Positions 18,564-29,018 are shown, counted from the first letter of the stretch. The stretch: DNA of 64,000 nt from Candidatus Latescibacterota bacterium (GCA_965248355.1 OZ252098.1:3328001-3392000), one strand, 5' to 3'. The notes: a model not told the origin generated them from the sequence alone. Translations and numbers: made by a program.

Positions 18564-19780
18564 CAGCTACCTCCTTGGGCGCCGGTCCTCGGGACAGGCC
18601 CGCCGGCAGGGCCCCCTGTCCGGCTCGACAGGGCCCGCCAGATGGAGGCCACCACCGCCCAGTAGATCGCCGCCTGCACGATCCCCGAGCCGGGCAGGAT
18701 CTCGATGTCGTACCCCGGCACCGGCGTCACCGCGTCGCCGAAGGGCCACTTCGGACGGATGACGTGGTCCGACGCCAGCGCCGGTGCCGGCGGATCGTCC
18801 GTGCCGTCGCCGGTGATCACCTCGACGATCCGCGCCCCCGCCCGTCTCGCGGCGGCGTAGGCATCTACCGGCCGCCGGTAGTATCCGAGGAAGAAGAACA
18901 GGTCCCCCGGCCGCAGCTTCTCCTCGAGCTCGGCCACCTGAGGGGACTCCGCCTGCAGCCGGGCCAGGGGCCGCATGTACAGCGGATCGCCCGGCGCTCC
19001 GAGCTGATACATGGGGAAGTGGGAGATCAGGCCCGCGTGAATGCGGCCGCCGGTCTCCAGGACCTCGGCGCAGACCGCACCGACGCGCTCGATCGCCCCC
19101 GCCTCCTCCTCGATCAGGGCGCGCAGGATCGCTCCCATCCGGTCCAGGTAGTCCCCGCCCAGCCGCCCCGGAGGGATGGCCGGCACCTGGTGGGTCTCGT
19201 GAAGGGGCGAATCGGCGAAGCGGGCATTGCGGTCCCTCGCTCCCGGCACCAGCACGCTCTGGTACATGGCGGGCATGCGCCCGGTGCGGGTGAGGGCGGC
19301 CACGATCTCTCCGGTGAGCACCCACAGGAGGAGCAGGTTCTGCAGGGAAGTCAGCGGGTAGGCCCGGCCGCCGAAGGGGGCGGTCGCCGCTTCCGGGAGG
19401 GGCATCGAGCTGTCGAGGAAGAGATGGCCCGGCCGCGGGTCGGCCCCCGGCCAACCGGCGGGACCGATGGCGGCGATCAGTGCGCCAGAGGAGCGCAGTT
19501 GCCGCAGCAACTCCAGCTCCCGCGCCGGCGCGGCGCCGGACCAGCCGAGGATCACCGTGTCCTCCGGCGACAGCACCGTCTCCGGCGTCCACTCCTCGGC
19601 CAGCATCAGCCCCCCGGAGCGGATGAACCCCTCGGAGGTGAAGTCCGGACGGACGCTGGCCAGACACAGCCGTCCGCCCGCCGCAAGACGCGCGGCCACC
19701 CGCCCGGCGGCGTCCGAGACCGCCGGTAGACGCTCTCTCAGGCCCTCCACACCGGCCAGCAGCGTTTCGAGATAGCCCAC
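18563..19780 (-). CDS. hypothetical protein with two SIS-like halves
   Basis: FTSEGFIRSGGL, PGDLFFFLGY, PGSGIVQAAIYW; internally duplicated architecture; translationally coupled to the GNAT gene. Confidence 0.5.
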   Translation of the reverse strand: MGYLETLLAGVEGLRERLPAVSDAAGRVAARLAAGGRLCLASVRPDFTSEGFIRSGGLMLAEEWTPETVLSPEDTVILGWSGAAPARELELLRQLRSSGALIAAIGPAGWPGADPRPGHLFLDSSMPLPEAATAPFGGRAYPLTSLQNLLLLWVLTGEIVAALTRTGRMPAMYQSVLVPGARDRNARFADSPLHETHQVPAIPPGRLGGDYLDRMGAILRALIEEEAGAIERVGAVCAEVLETGGRIHAGLISHFPMYQLGAPGDPLYMRPLARLQAESPQVAELEEKLRPGDLFFFLGYYRRPVDAYAAARRAGARIVEVITGDGTDDPPAPALASDHVIRPKWPFGDAVTPVPGYDIEILPGSGIVQAAIYWAVVASIWRALSSRTGGPAGGPVPRTGAQGGS

Positions 19781-19793
19781 GGGATTGGGGCTG

Positions 19794-21116
19794 TCAGCCC
19801 GCCGCGACCAGCTCCAGGGCCCGGAGGGCCCCCGCCGTCAGGGCCCGGTCCGCGTCGTCGGCCAGCATGCGCCCCTGGTGGCGCGCCCTCGCGTCGAGGA
19901 CCTCGTAGCCGCCGTACGGCACCTCCTCGCTCGTGGGCACGTACCCGATGGCGCCGTTGGCGTAGCCCACGGGCAGGGTGAGGGCGAAGGGCGAGGCCTC
20001 GGCGATGGCCAGCCCGGTCTCGACGAAGATCTCCCCCGGCAGGCCGACGAGGGCCACGTCGTCCAGGGCCAGGGCCTGGATCTCCAGGGGCAAGCCCGAC
20101 GCCACGGTGCCGCTCCGGTGGGCCTCCAGCCGCTCCCTGGCGGCGAAGTAGTGACGGCAGACCCGCCAACTCCTGTGAAACTCGCCCTCGAGCTCGAGAA
20201 AGGCGGGCTCCCACTCCGCCAGCTCGCGCTCGCACTCCTGCAGAGAGGGCATCGGCTCCAGGGGCAGCTCGAAGGCGTGCCGGGCGCAGCGCAGGCGGCC
20301 GCCCCGTCTCATCTCCCCCGCCTGCAGCACCGTTCGCAGCACGGCGCCTCCGGCGCGGGTCCCGTGCACCCCGGCCAGGTCGTAGGAGCCGCGTGGATGT
20401 GGGTTGATATTGCCGGCGCAGCCGTTGAGGAAGAGGGCCGTCTCCCCCGGGCGCTGGTCCTCGATCGTCCGCATGGCGACACCCATCCAGTCGGCGGTGA
20501 AGAGGTAGTTGTCGCTCACCAGGCAGGTCCCGTGGGCGGCGTGCTGCCAGAGCACGACCAGGGGTGTGCCGTCGAGGCGCTCGAACCAGACCACGTCGAC
20601 CCAGGGCGCCACCGGCCCCTCCGGGTTCACGCCGATGCGGGTCGTGCCGTCGGCCTGCCGCTCCCTGCGGTTGACGCCGACCTGCAGCGGGTGCCGGCCC
20701 GTGCCCCAGCGCACGGGCGCCGCGGCGGTGGCCGCCTGCAGGGCGGTGCCGGCCATGAAGTGGCACAGGGCGTCGATGTAGGTGGCGGCCGGCTCCTCCA
20801 GCTCGGAGAAGTGGGAGTACATCAGGGGGCCGCCGTGGGTGTGGGAGAAGGCGAGGAAGACGTTGGCCGCGGGCACACCAGTCGCCCGGTTCACCAACTC
20901 GCGCACACGGGAGACCTGCTCGAAGCGCATGCCGATCAGGTCGCTGGCGATGATCACCGCCCGGGTGGTGCCGTCGTCCAGAAAGAGGGTGTGGGCATTG
21001 AGGTGATCGTGCACGCCCTCGGCGCCGTGGTCGCGGGCGCCGTACCCGCCCATGGGATTCCCGGTGGGCGGCGTGATCCGGGCGCCGCCCGCCCCGGCCA
21101 GCAGCTGTTTCGTCAT
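19794..21116 (-). CDS. neutral/alkaline ceramidase N-terminal-domain family protein
   Basis: ITPP..MGGY, HDHL, SHTHGGP, NRR, HGT, NGCAGNINP, PGEIF, GYANG..GYVPT..YE; RBS AGGAGAGG. Confidence 0.82.
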   Translation of the reverse strand: MTKQLLAGAGGARITPPTGNPMGGYGARDHGAEGVHDHLNAHTLFLDDGTTRAVIIASDLIGMRFEQVSRVRELVNRATGVPAANVFLAFSHTHGGPLMYSHFSELEEPAATYIDALCHFMAGTALQAATAAAPVRWGTGRHPLQVGVNRRERQADGTTRIGVNPEGPVAPWVDVVWFERLDGTPLVVLWQHAAHGTCLVSDNYLFTADWMGVAMRTIEDQRPGETALFLNGCAGNINPHPRGSYDLAGVHGTRAGGAVLRTVLQAGEMRRGGRLRCARHAFELPLEPMPSLQECERELAEWEPAFLELEGEFHRSWRVCRHYFAARERLEAHRSGTVASGLPLEIQALALDDVALVGLPGEIFVETGLAIAEASPFALTLPVGYANGAIGYVPTSEEVPYGGYEVLDARARHQGRMLADDADRALTAGALRALELVAAG

Positions 21117-21233
21117 CTCGCCTCTCCTGGTTGGACGGCCCAAAGATAACCGCCGGCGGGCGGCCCCGTCATCGGCGAGTTGCCCCGCACGCTCACCGGC
21201 CATCCCCCGCTGTCGTGAGATGGCGCGGGGGCC

Positions 21234-23384
21234 CTATGGGGCCGTCGAGAGCCGCTCTATCCCCCCGCCGCAATTGACCAGGTTGGTGTTCGTCACATCG
21301 AGGGTGCTCGCTTCGTAGGCCTGGACGCAACGGAGCCCGTCCTGGATCGTGGCGCCGGAAAGGTCGGCATGGCCCGTCCGGGCCACGCGGATGCCGTACC
21401 AGCTGCCGGGGGAAGCGTCCGACTCAGCCGATGAGCGAAAGGTGATGTCCCCCGCTCCGGCGTCGAGAGCACCCTCGACGATGAGTTCGGAACGGAGGTC
21501 GTCCTCGCCGCCCCGGGTCTCATCCCCAGGGGCGAAGGTCACCGTGCTTCCCGCGGGAAGGGTCAGCTTCATCCCCGGTGGAATCGTTACATCGCCCGTC
21601 ACCGTAACGTGATCATCCCAGGGTTCAATCCGGAACAGCTTGCCCTCCCCGGGAGCAAAGGAGGCGGCAAAGGAAGGAGAAGCGCCATGGCCGGTGAGTT
21701 CGATCTCCTTGCCATAGAGCTCCCTCACGAGGTACGAGTAGGCCGGCCCACTCAGACGAGATGCCTTCAGGTGGATGGTCACTCTCCGCAGATCGGGAGG
21801 CCTGGAGGGCTGGCAGCGGCGGTTGACCACCATCAGGTACCGGGTTCCGTCCCTGTGGGTGAAGGTGCCCAGATGGTAGTCCGACGTATCGGAGAGGGCC
21901 TGGACAAAGGAGGCCGGAGCCCGGCCGGGGAAGACGGCGTCCGAAGTCAGGCCCAACAGGGTATCGTCGTGTTCCTGCAACAACCCGTTGAGGGCTTGAA
22001 CTTCGGACCATTTGGGGGTGACTCTGTAGTATCCGTCCACCAGGCCTTGCAGGTCAGGCCTGCCATCGTCGTTGACATGGCTGGAGTACATGAAGTAGTA
22101 GATGCCCGTCACACCGTGGACCAGGGCCAGATGGACCTGAACCCGGATCTCCTCCGGCGACGGGTCCCGCAAGCCCTGCCGCCAGCCATGGGCCTGAATA
22201 AGGCCCCAAAGGGGTATCCCCGCCCCCATCGCCACCTCCCGGGCGCGACCATACCATGTGACGTAACTGTCGAGGGCACCTCGCAGGCCAGTCTCATACC
22301 CTTCTTCACCGTGCCTCGGCACGGAGAACCCTATGGGGTAGAGGTCAACCAGGAACTCCGAAGGTGAGACGGTGTCCACGAAGTGGCGCATGTATTCCTT
22401 GAGCGTCTGGTTGAAGGCCACAACGCCCGACTTGCCGGTCTGCGCCTTGATGAATCTGTTCACGTAGGCTACGCTCTCGTCCTTTTCCGTCCACCGAGGC
22501 TCGTCGTCCACGTAGAACCGCCACGGCGGATCCACCGTGATGCCGTCGTAGGCGGCCAGATCCGCCTCGATCTGCCGGTCATGGTCTCCCGCGAAGAGTC
22601 TGTGGCCATAGTCGTCGTGGGCCCTGATCTGATCCACCCACAGATCGGCCGCTCCGGTCCAGTCGATCTGGTACCGAACGAGATTCCTCCCCGCAGGTAC
22701 CGCATACCGGATCACGAAGTCCTGATAGGCGTCAGAAGCATGGAATTGCAGCTTCCGCACGCTCCGGGTGCGCAACACGGCGCCATCGGAATGGCGGAGT
22801 ATCCTGAGGGTGGCGATCCTGTCGCTGCCGGTATTGTCGTCCGTCTTCAGACGGAAGACATGTATCCCATAGCGCGCCCGGTTCGCCACGACCTGCCCTC
22901 TGCTGTTCAGTCTCTGCTCCACATAGCGCAGGAAGATGCCGGACCCCTCTGTAGTGGGGGTGTCCAGAATGACTCCGGGGCTGTGTGCGGCCGTATTCGC
23001 ATGCCACGCATCTCCGTCCCGCACTCCCACAGGATGGACGAAGACCTCAGCATCCTCCGCCTCCAGGACCTTGCTCCAATAGCGGCGGCTCTCCGAGCGC
23101 CACCCTGGAGGAACGTTCCAGCTGTACAACTGGACTCTCAGTCCTCGCTGGTGCGCCAGATCCATGAAGACGCCATTGACGGAAGGGTCATTCCTGGCTT
23201 CGATGGCGGAGTGAATCGTGTTGAAGTTTGCTTCGACTACCTGGTCGAGCCGCGCCGCGAACTGGCTCGACTGGTTGTTGAACAGCCCCGGGAACCACGT
23301 CCCGACAGGAAACTCCTGCCCAAGGCTCATCCCCGGGCCAAGAAGCAGGAGGGCGGAAGAGCGCAGAGCCCAGAGGGCGCTCAT
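21234..23384 (-). CDS. secreted glycoside-hydrolase-like barrel protein with C-terminal beta-helix segment
   Basis: Signal peptide; DDEP, DLYP, PSPEEIRVQVHLALVHGVTGIYYF; C-terminal GDVTIPPG..WYGIRV. Confidence 0.6.
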   Translation of the reverse strand: MSALWALRSSALLLLGPGMSLGQEFPVGTWFPGLFNNQSSQFAARLDQVVEANFNTIHSAIEARNDPSVNGVFMDLAHQRGLRVQLYSWNVPPGWRSESRRYWSKVLEAEDAEVFVHPVGVRDGDAWHANTAAHSPGVILDTPTTEGSGIFLRYVEQRLNSRGQVVANRARYGIHVFRLKTDDNTGSDRIATLRILRHSDGAVLRTRSVRKLQFHASDAYQDFVIRYAVPAGRNLVRYQIDWTGAADLWVDQIRAHDDYGHRLFAGDHDRQIEADLAAYDGITVDPPWRFYVDDEPRWTEKDESVAYVNRFIKAQTGKSGVVAFNQTLKEYMRHFVDTVSPSEFLVDLYPIGFSVPRHGEEGYETGLRGALDSYVTWYGRAREVAMGAGIPLWGLIQAHGWRQGLRDPSPEEIRVQVHLALVHGVTGIYYFMYSSHVNDDGRPDLQGLVDGYYRVTPKWSEVQALNGLLQEHDDTLLGLTSDAVFPGRAPASFVQALSDTSDYHLGTFTHRDGTRYLMVVNRRCQPSRPPDLRRVTIHLKASRLSGPAYSYLVRELYGKEIELTGHGASPSFAASFAPGEGKLFRIEPWDDHVTVTGDVTIPPGMKLTLPAGSTVTFAPGDETRGGEDDLRSELIVEGALDAGAGDITFRSSAESDASPGSWYGIRVARTGHADLSGATIQDGLRCVQAYEASTLDVTNTNLVNCGGGIERLSTAP

Positions 23385-24151
23385 TCCAATACTCCATTCA
23401 ATTGATCGTTCTTGATCCGTCCCCAGGCCGCGGGTTTGACCATGGTCGTCATCTGCCCTCCCATGGGGCCCCATGGGACATCGGCATAGCTCGTCCCGTC
23501 CGGCAGATAGTCATGGGAGCCGTCCTGGCTCGTCCTGGCCGTCCACTTGAAGTACCAGTATCCCCTCTCTTCGTCTTCCAGGGCGCTCCCCGGGTTTCCA
23601 AGCGCCGGCCACTGGACGGCTCCTTCCAGCCATTGACCCGAGAGGGCAACCTCCACCTCGGGAATGTCCTCTCCTTCGGTGACGACCCACTGATCGCCAT
23701 CGAGACGACGGTGAATCTCCTTGGTGAGCCCTCCGTCCCGTCCTGCGATTTCGATCCGGTACTCCGGCAGGAAGTGAACCCAGGGAGGCTGCGCCTCGCC
23801 CAGGGTCGTATCGGCCGAGACATCGAAGAACAGCTCCACCGAGGTCCGGGTGGAACCCTGAAAGGGAGCCTCCAGGAACCTGAAGATGAACGCGAACAGG
23901 GCCTGATCCTCGAAGGTGCCCAGTCCATAGCCGTAGGTTATGATGTCTATGGTGCTGTTGGAATCGGGAGCGACGTCGAAGAACTCATCTCCCTCGCCGG
24001 GACCGCCGCCGCCCCAGTCCCGCCAATCTCCATCGACCACGAATGCCGACCTGTCCTGCGCAAGGGCCCCGTTCGCCCCGAATCCGAGGGCGCAGGCCAG
24101 ACCGACGAGCGTTCTCCACACGACTTGCATGGCGGGATTCCTTTCAGGCAT
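23381..24151 (-). CDS. secreted hypothetical protein with C-terminal VKPAAWGRIK motif
   Basis: Signal peptide; VDGDWRDW; overlap with the downstream ATG; start may be 24130. Confidence 0.6.
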   Translation of the reverse strand: MPERNPAMQVVWRTLVGLACALGFGANGALAQDRSAFVVDGDWRDWGGGGPGEGDEFFDVAPDSNSTIDIITYGYGLGTFEDQALFAFIFRFLEAPFQGSTRTSVELFFDVSADTTLGEAQPPWVHFLPEYRIEIAGRDGGLTKEIHRRLDGDQWVVTEGEDIPEVEVALSGQWLEGAVQWPALGNPGSALEDEERGYWYFKWTARTSQDGSHDYLPDGTSYADVPWGPMGGQMTTMVKPAAWGRIKNDQLNGVLE

Positions 24152-24165
24152 CCAGGAAGTGCGGC

Positions 24166-25762
24166 CTACTTGAGGTACATCAGTCTCCGGGTCTGCGCAC
24201 CCCCGGGGTAGTCCAGGCGCGCGAGATAGATCCCCGCGGCCACCGCAAGCCCCCGTCGGTCCCGGCCGTCCCAGGAGACCTCGTAGAGGCCGGCGGCCTG
24301 GACTTCGTCCACCAGCGTACGGACCTGCTGGCCCATGAGATTGTAGATCTCCAGCCGCACCGGACCGGGGCCGGCCAGGCGGTAGGCGATCCGGGTACCG
24401 CCGTTGAAGGGGTTCGGCTGGTTGGGATACAGCTCGTTGTCGGCCCGTTCGTCCGGCGCCGCCGCCTTCGCCGCCGATTCTGGTCCGACCGCCACCGTCC
24501 GCTCATCGCCGCCCAGGGTCAGATTCACGGACTGGCGTATGCCGCGGTTGAGAGGAATGCTGTGCCATCGGCCCACCACCTGGCCGTCGGCCCCGCGGGC
24601 CCGGGCCTGATACAGACCGCTGTGGCCGGGGAACAGGGTCAGCTCCAGCCGTCCGGCCGCGTCGGTCCTGGCGGTCCAGGCGTAGTGGGGGCGGCGACCG
24701 GAGATGCTGCGGGAAAACTCGACGGTCAGACCCTCGACCCGGCCTCCTGTGACCGTGGCCTCCATCTTCATGCGGGATGAAATATCCCACAACAGAACCG
24801 TGTAGTGTCCGCTTCTGCTGCCACTGGCCAGAGTCCTTCCATTGGGGGCCACCGCCACCGAGGAGACCCAGCTCCCGTGCCCCTCGAGGGTGAGGGTGGA
24901 TTCCAGCTGGCCCGTCTCCGCATTCCACAGCCGGATCCCGTCGTCATGGCCGCTGGCCAGGGTTCCTGCATCCACGAAGGCCAGGGACCAGACCCAACTC
25001 GCAAGTCCGTATTTCCCCGGCCCCTTCAAGGTTGACTCGAGCTCTCCGGTCTCCGAGTCCCACAGGCGGATCGTCCCGTCCCAGCCGCCGCTGGCCAGGG
25101 TCCTGCCGTCCGGCGAGAACGCCACCGACTCGATCCAACCCGAATGCCCGTGAAGGGCGGCCCTTTGTTGCCCGCTCGCCACATCCCACAACCGGATGGT
25201 GTAGTCCCCGCCGCCGCTGGCCAGCGTCTTGCCGTCCGGTGAGAACGCCACCGACTCGACCTCCCCCGTATGCCCGTAAAGGATGGTCTCGAGCTGGCCG
25301 GTGTCGACCGCCCACAGGCGGATCGTGTGGTCCCCCACTGCCGCTGGCCAGGGTCTCCCCATCCGGCGAGAACGCCGCCGACCGGACAAACCCCGCGTGC
25401 CCGTCGAGGACGGCCTTGAGCTGGCCGGTGTCGACCTCCCACAACCGGATGGCCCGGCGAGTGCCGGCGGCCAGGGTCCTGCCGTCCGGAGAGAACACCG
25501 CCGGCCGGACAAAGCTGGTATCGAGATGAGACTTCAAGCGGCCGGTGCGCGCATCGTGGATCCAGATTCCCACGCTGCTGGGCACCGCCAACCGGTCGCC
25601 ATGGGGCGAATACGCGATTTCACCAGACAGAACGACTTCACCAAAGCGTTCCTGGATGCCTTTGGGCAAGGGCAGGCGGGTATACTCCCGGGCGAGGCCT
25701 TCCTGAATCGTCACGCCGAGCAGCAGCAAGAAGCTGATCTTAAACACGTGGGGAGATTTCAT
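24166..25762 (-). pseudogene. secreted WD40-repeat protein with FlgD-Ig/T9SS-A-like C-terminal domain; +1 frameshift near 25334
   Basis: Frame 1 from MKSPHVFK to LASGSG; frame 2 continues GDHTIRLW; the G5 run should be G4. Repeats of SVAFSPDGxTLASG; C-terminal PNPFNG...IYLARL. Confidence 0.8.
24770..25510 (-). repeat. intragenic WD40 tandem repeats of about 126 bp
   Basis: Recurring gagaacgcc...ccgac and ccgctggccagggtc units at roughly 42-codon spacing. Confidence 0.75.
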
Positions 25763-26091
25763 CCTAAGGACATACAATACATCATCATCAGTCGGTGCCC
25801 CCTCGCTTCCCTCCTGCAGCCGCTCCACGGCCCACGCTTTTCCCCCGCGCCGATATGTCCCGACCATCCCGAAATCGAGCCGAGGCTAGTCCTCAACACC
25901 CAACTGACTTGCGGACCTACCTCCCGACTTACTAGACTCCTGTGGTCCACACCAACGTAAACCCTCCCTCCCATGCACAAGTCGCCCCAGACCAAGCTAC
26001 TACCCCAGGCCGCGGTATGACGAAGAGACCGGGCACCGCCTCATCGACTTGGTGTCCCAACCGCCCCAAGCCGGCCATGTCACCTGGCCTG

Positions 26092-26709
26092 ATGAGCGCA
26101 GTGACGCCCGGTCCCCGAGTAGCCATCCCCAACGAGCGACTCATCCGCCAAGCGCTCCACGCCAAGTACCTCCGCAACCATCGTTTGCAGCCAGACACCC
26201 TCGTGATCGACGAGTTGGGGCTCGCTCATGCCCGGTCTCGAATCGATATCGCCGTGATCAATCGTTGCCTTCACGGCTACGAGATAAAGAGCGACCTCGA
26301 CACACTTCTGCGACTACCGCAACAACTCAGATTTTACTCCATGACCTGTGAGAAGATGACTTTGGTGGTAGGCGCCAAACACCTTCGGGCCGTCTCAAGT
26401 ATGCTGCCATCCTGGGGAGGTCTCGTGGCCGTCAAAATCGGCCCCCGTGGCGGCATCTCATTCGATCACATTCGCCCGGCGCGGGCGAACCCCAACTTCG
26501 ATTCATTCATGTTTCTCCATCTGCTCTGGCGTGGCGAAGCAGAAGAGGCCCTACGGGCACTGGGCGCGCCGCCCGCCTCGCCTCGTGCCACACGAAGAGA
26601 ACTCTATGCCGCTCTCGTTGAAGCCCTGAGCACGGCCGAGCTAACGACATTGGTCAAACGCGCTATGCGACAGCGCCAAGGTTGGCGAGCTCTTCCACCA
26701 CCAGCGTAA
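26092..26709 (+). CDS. sce7726-family protein (predicted PD-(D/E)xK nuclease fold)
   Basis: IDELGL..SRIDIAVIN..LHGYEIKSDLDTL.RLP.Q, WGG, LLWR.E, RQGWR. Start uncertain (26017-26092). Confidence 0.8.
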   Translation: MSAVTPGPRVAIPNERLIRQALHAKYLRNHRLQPDTLVIDELGLAHARSRIDIAVINRCLHGYEIKSDLDTLLRLPQQLRFYSMTCEKMTLVVGAKHLRAVSSMLPSWGGLVAVKIGPRGGISFDHIRPARANPNFDSFMFLHLLWRGEAEEALRALGAPPASPRATRRELYAALVEALSTAELTTLVKRAMRQRQGWRALPPPA

Positions 26710-27754
26710 TGTGGTGATTGATGGCTACTTTCTTCCACTGGCCCAAATTGCTAGCACTTTGCCTCCTAGCGGCGCAATCACTGATATAGGCATCACCCCA
26801 CGAGTAATCCTGGCCGCGAAAGTCAAATCCCGCATCGAGCACAATCGCTTGGCAATGGGAGTGCATCTGATCCCGATTGTCGCGAAAAGAATCGCCTTTG
26901 CGCGTCCCCCACATATCCTCCCTGGTGTAGATTATTTTGCCCGCCGGCTTGACAATACGCATGTCTTTGGCCTCGAAATTCGGGTGGACTATCGTGTAAT
27001 CGCCATAGACCGGCCTCCGCATGCCGCCGGGCAGTTTCTTGAGCAGGGTTTGGTAGAAGAGCCAATCATGGCGCGGAATCGCATCTGTGCCCTTGGAAAT
27101 ATCCGCTAAAGTCTCGGGGATTGCAGTGCTGACAAGGACAACCTTACGGAAGGCCATGAGGTCGCCTAGCCGTGGCATGTAAGCGATAAGCGCCGTTGCG
27201 AATGAGTCGTAAGGCTCAAAATTCGGGGCCTTTAGATCGATGATCAGATCAATTCCCTTGAGCCCGACCTGCAAGTCCTTTGCCAGCGCAACGACCCTAG
27301 CTTCCGGGCCGTCCGCCATCAGATCTTCGAGGCGAACGAGGATCGCCGAGCCCTGTCTATCATGGGCGACCACGGTACTAACCGCCGCGATCGTAGCAGA
27401 ATCGGCAGCCAGGGGCAGGGCGGGAACCGCCTGCGCATCATGCAGCCTGAGGCCACTGAACACATAGTCGAAAACATGGCTGCCGTCATCCATACGTCCG
27501 TTGGCAATCGCCTCATTGAGCGCTATCCAAGCGGGACGCTGTCCCCACTTCTCTTGATAGCGCGTGATGAAGGGACGCACATGCTCATCGACTGTCCTTT
27601 TCGGCTCCTGCTGTTCGAAGTCGTACTCTACATCGGGGATCGTGATTAATGGCACAATCTGGTCTTTGACCGTTTGCCCGAGCCTCTTTAAGGCTTGGTA
27701 CTCGGCCTGCCGCCAGCGTAGCGCTGGAACATAAGTGTCATCACTCAACTGCAT
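26663..27754 (-). CDS. Beta-family (sce7725-like) protein, predicted TIM barrel
   Basis: YVPALRWRQAEYQAL, IIDL, STAIP, YGDYTIVHP, KIIYT, YSWGDAYI, WKKVAINHHIT; 14-bp overlap with the upstream gene. Confidence 0.8.
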   Translation of the reverse strand: MQLSDDTYVPALRWRQAEYQALKRLGQTVKDQIVPLITIPDVEYDFEQQEPKRTVDEHVRPFITRYQEKWGQRPAWIALNEAIANGRMDDGSHVFDYVFSGLRLHDAQAVPALPLAADSATIAAVSTVVAHDRQGSAILVRLEDLMADGPEARVVALAKDLQVGLKGIDLIIDLKAPNFEPYDSFATALIAYMPRLGDLMAFRKVVLVSTAIPETLADISKGTDAIPRHDWLFYQTLLKKLPGGMRRPVYGDYTIVHPNFEAKDMRIVKPAGKIIYTREDMWGTRKGDSFRDNRDQMHSHCQAIVLDAGFDFRGQDYSWGDAYISDCAARRQSASNLGQWKKVAINHHITLVVEELANLGAVA

Positions 27755-29018
27755 CGTCCGGCTCTTCAAATTGAGGGCCCACCGTGCCTTGACCTACCAG
27801 ATCACTGAGAATGGTGTAGTCGGCGCGCTCTTTCCTGATCCGACCGGCTATGATGCTCGGATCGATCCCTAGCGTCCCGGCGTCGATTTGCACCCCTTCT
27901 TCCGAGAGCGCAAAACGTGACAGGCACTTATCCCAAGCATCGGGGGGTATCAGCGAGTCGAGGGCAAATCGGTCGGCGTCGGCCTCGACCTCGTCGGCCT
28001 CCCGAGTGCCCTCTTCGTCGAAGAAATCGTAGTGCAGGCCGTCAATAAGGTGCAGGAACACATGGCCAAGTTCGTGGAACAGCACAAACCAGAAATTATC
28101 CAGCCGATCATAGCGAAGTGTGAGCCCAATGACGGGCCGTCCAGTTTCACCCATCATAGCTGCCCCATCGAGATAGGTACCTGGCAGATGCTTTTCCGTG
28201 ATTAGAACGATGCCCTTTTTGGCCAGGAGATGACGCGCGCGACGCGGCCCGTCCTCGCGACGGGTCAGAGCTACCAACTTTCCAATCCAGCGATCGTCGA
28301 GTTCGAATTCAGGGATCTCGTGTCGCCTGATGGCCTTGCGCGCCCGATCCAGTACTCGTGCTTGCCAAGCGAGGAGGGCGTATTCGTTGGGGACGGTGCC
28401 GCTATGCATCTTCTTCCGATGGAATGCTGTCGCAAACTGCGGTCCAGCTGCGGTGAGGAAATATTCTCGCACTTTCTTGATCGGATCACCGCCACGCGGC
28501 ACCGTAAACCACTTCCGTTTGATCATGTCTTTGAAGGGAAACTGACGCCAGACCACGTCATCGACAGTTTTCCAAAAGAACACAGAACCGCGCATTTCTT
28601 GATCGGTTTCGAATAGCTCTTCGATGTGGACGCCGAGTAGGCGCGAGACGTCGATCAACTTCGCGAGGCTGGCACCCATATAGTCGGATGCCTCGTAGCG
28701 TTGGATCTGTTGCGGTTTGAGACTGAGTGCTTGCGCAAGATCGGTCTGGCTCATGCCAGAGGCGATGCGGGCCTGAATCAGGATCGAGGGCAAGCTCTCT
28801 AGCGCGAATGATTTAGCGAAGGTAATCTGTCCCGCCTTAAGTAAATCATAGTGGGCAAGCTCGGCTTCGATCTCTTCGATTTGGCTTTTGAGCGCATCAG
28901 TCTCGGCGATTTTCAGCCATTCCTGATCGGTCTCTCGCATTTGGGCGACACTGAGCGCCTCCTTCAGTTTGGTGAGCTCGCCGTTTGAGATGCGGTACTG
29001 CTTGTCGCTATAGATCAT
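27741..29018 (-). CDS. XRE HTH + ImmA/IrrE-family metallo-endopeptidase
   Basis: LIQARIASGMSQTDLAQALSLKPQQIQRYE (HTH); LDGAA; RYDRLDNFWFVLFHELGH (HExxH); EADADRFA. Confidence 0.9.
   Translation of the reverse strand: MIYSDKQYRISNGELTKLKEALSVAQMRETDQEWLKIAETDALKSQIEEIEAELAHYDLLKAGQITFAKSFALESLPSILIQARIASGMSQTDLAQALSLKPQQIQRYEASDYMGASLAKLIDVSRLLGVHIEELFETDQEMRGSVFFWKTVDDVVWRQFPFKDMIKRKWFTVPRGGDPIKKVREYFLTAAGPQFATAFHRKKMHSGTVPNEYALLAWQARVLDRARKAIRRHEIPEFELDDRWIGKLVALTRREDGPRRARHLLAKKGIVLITEKHLPGTYLDGAAMMGETGRPVIGLTLRYDRLDNFWFVLFHELGHVFLHLIDGLHYDFFDEEGTREADEVEADADRFALDSLIPPDAWDKCLSRFALSEEGVQIDAGTLGIDPSIIAGRIRKERADYTILSDLVGQGTVGPQFEEPDDAVE

Noticed and set aside
25320..25345. Programmed frameshift or phase variation in the WD40 gene
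   Set aside because: G5 is short and I saw no slippery heptamer or stimulatory structure; sequencing error or mutation is simpler.
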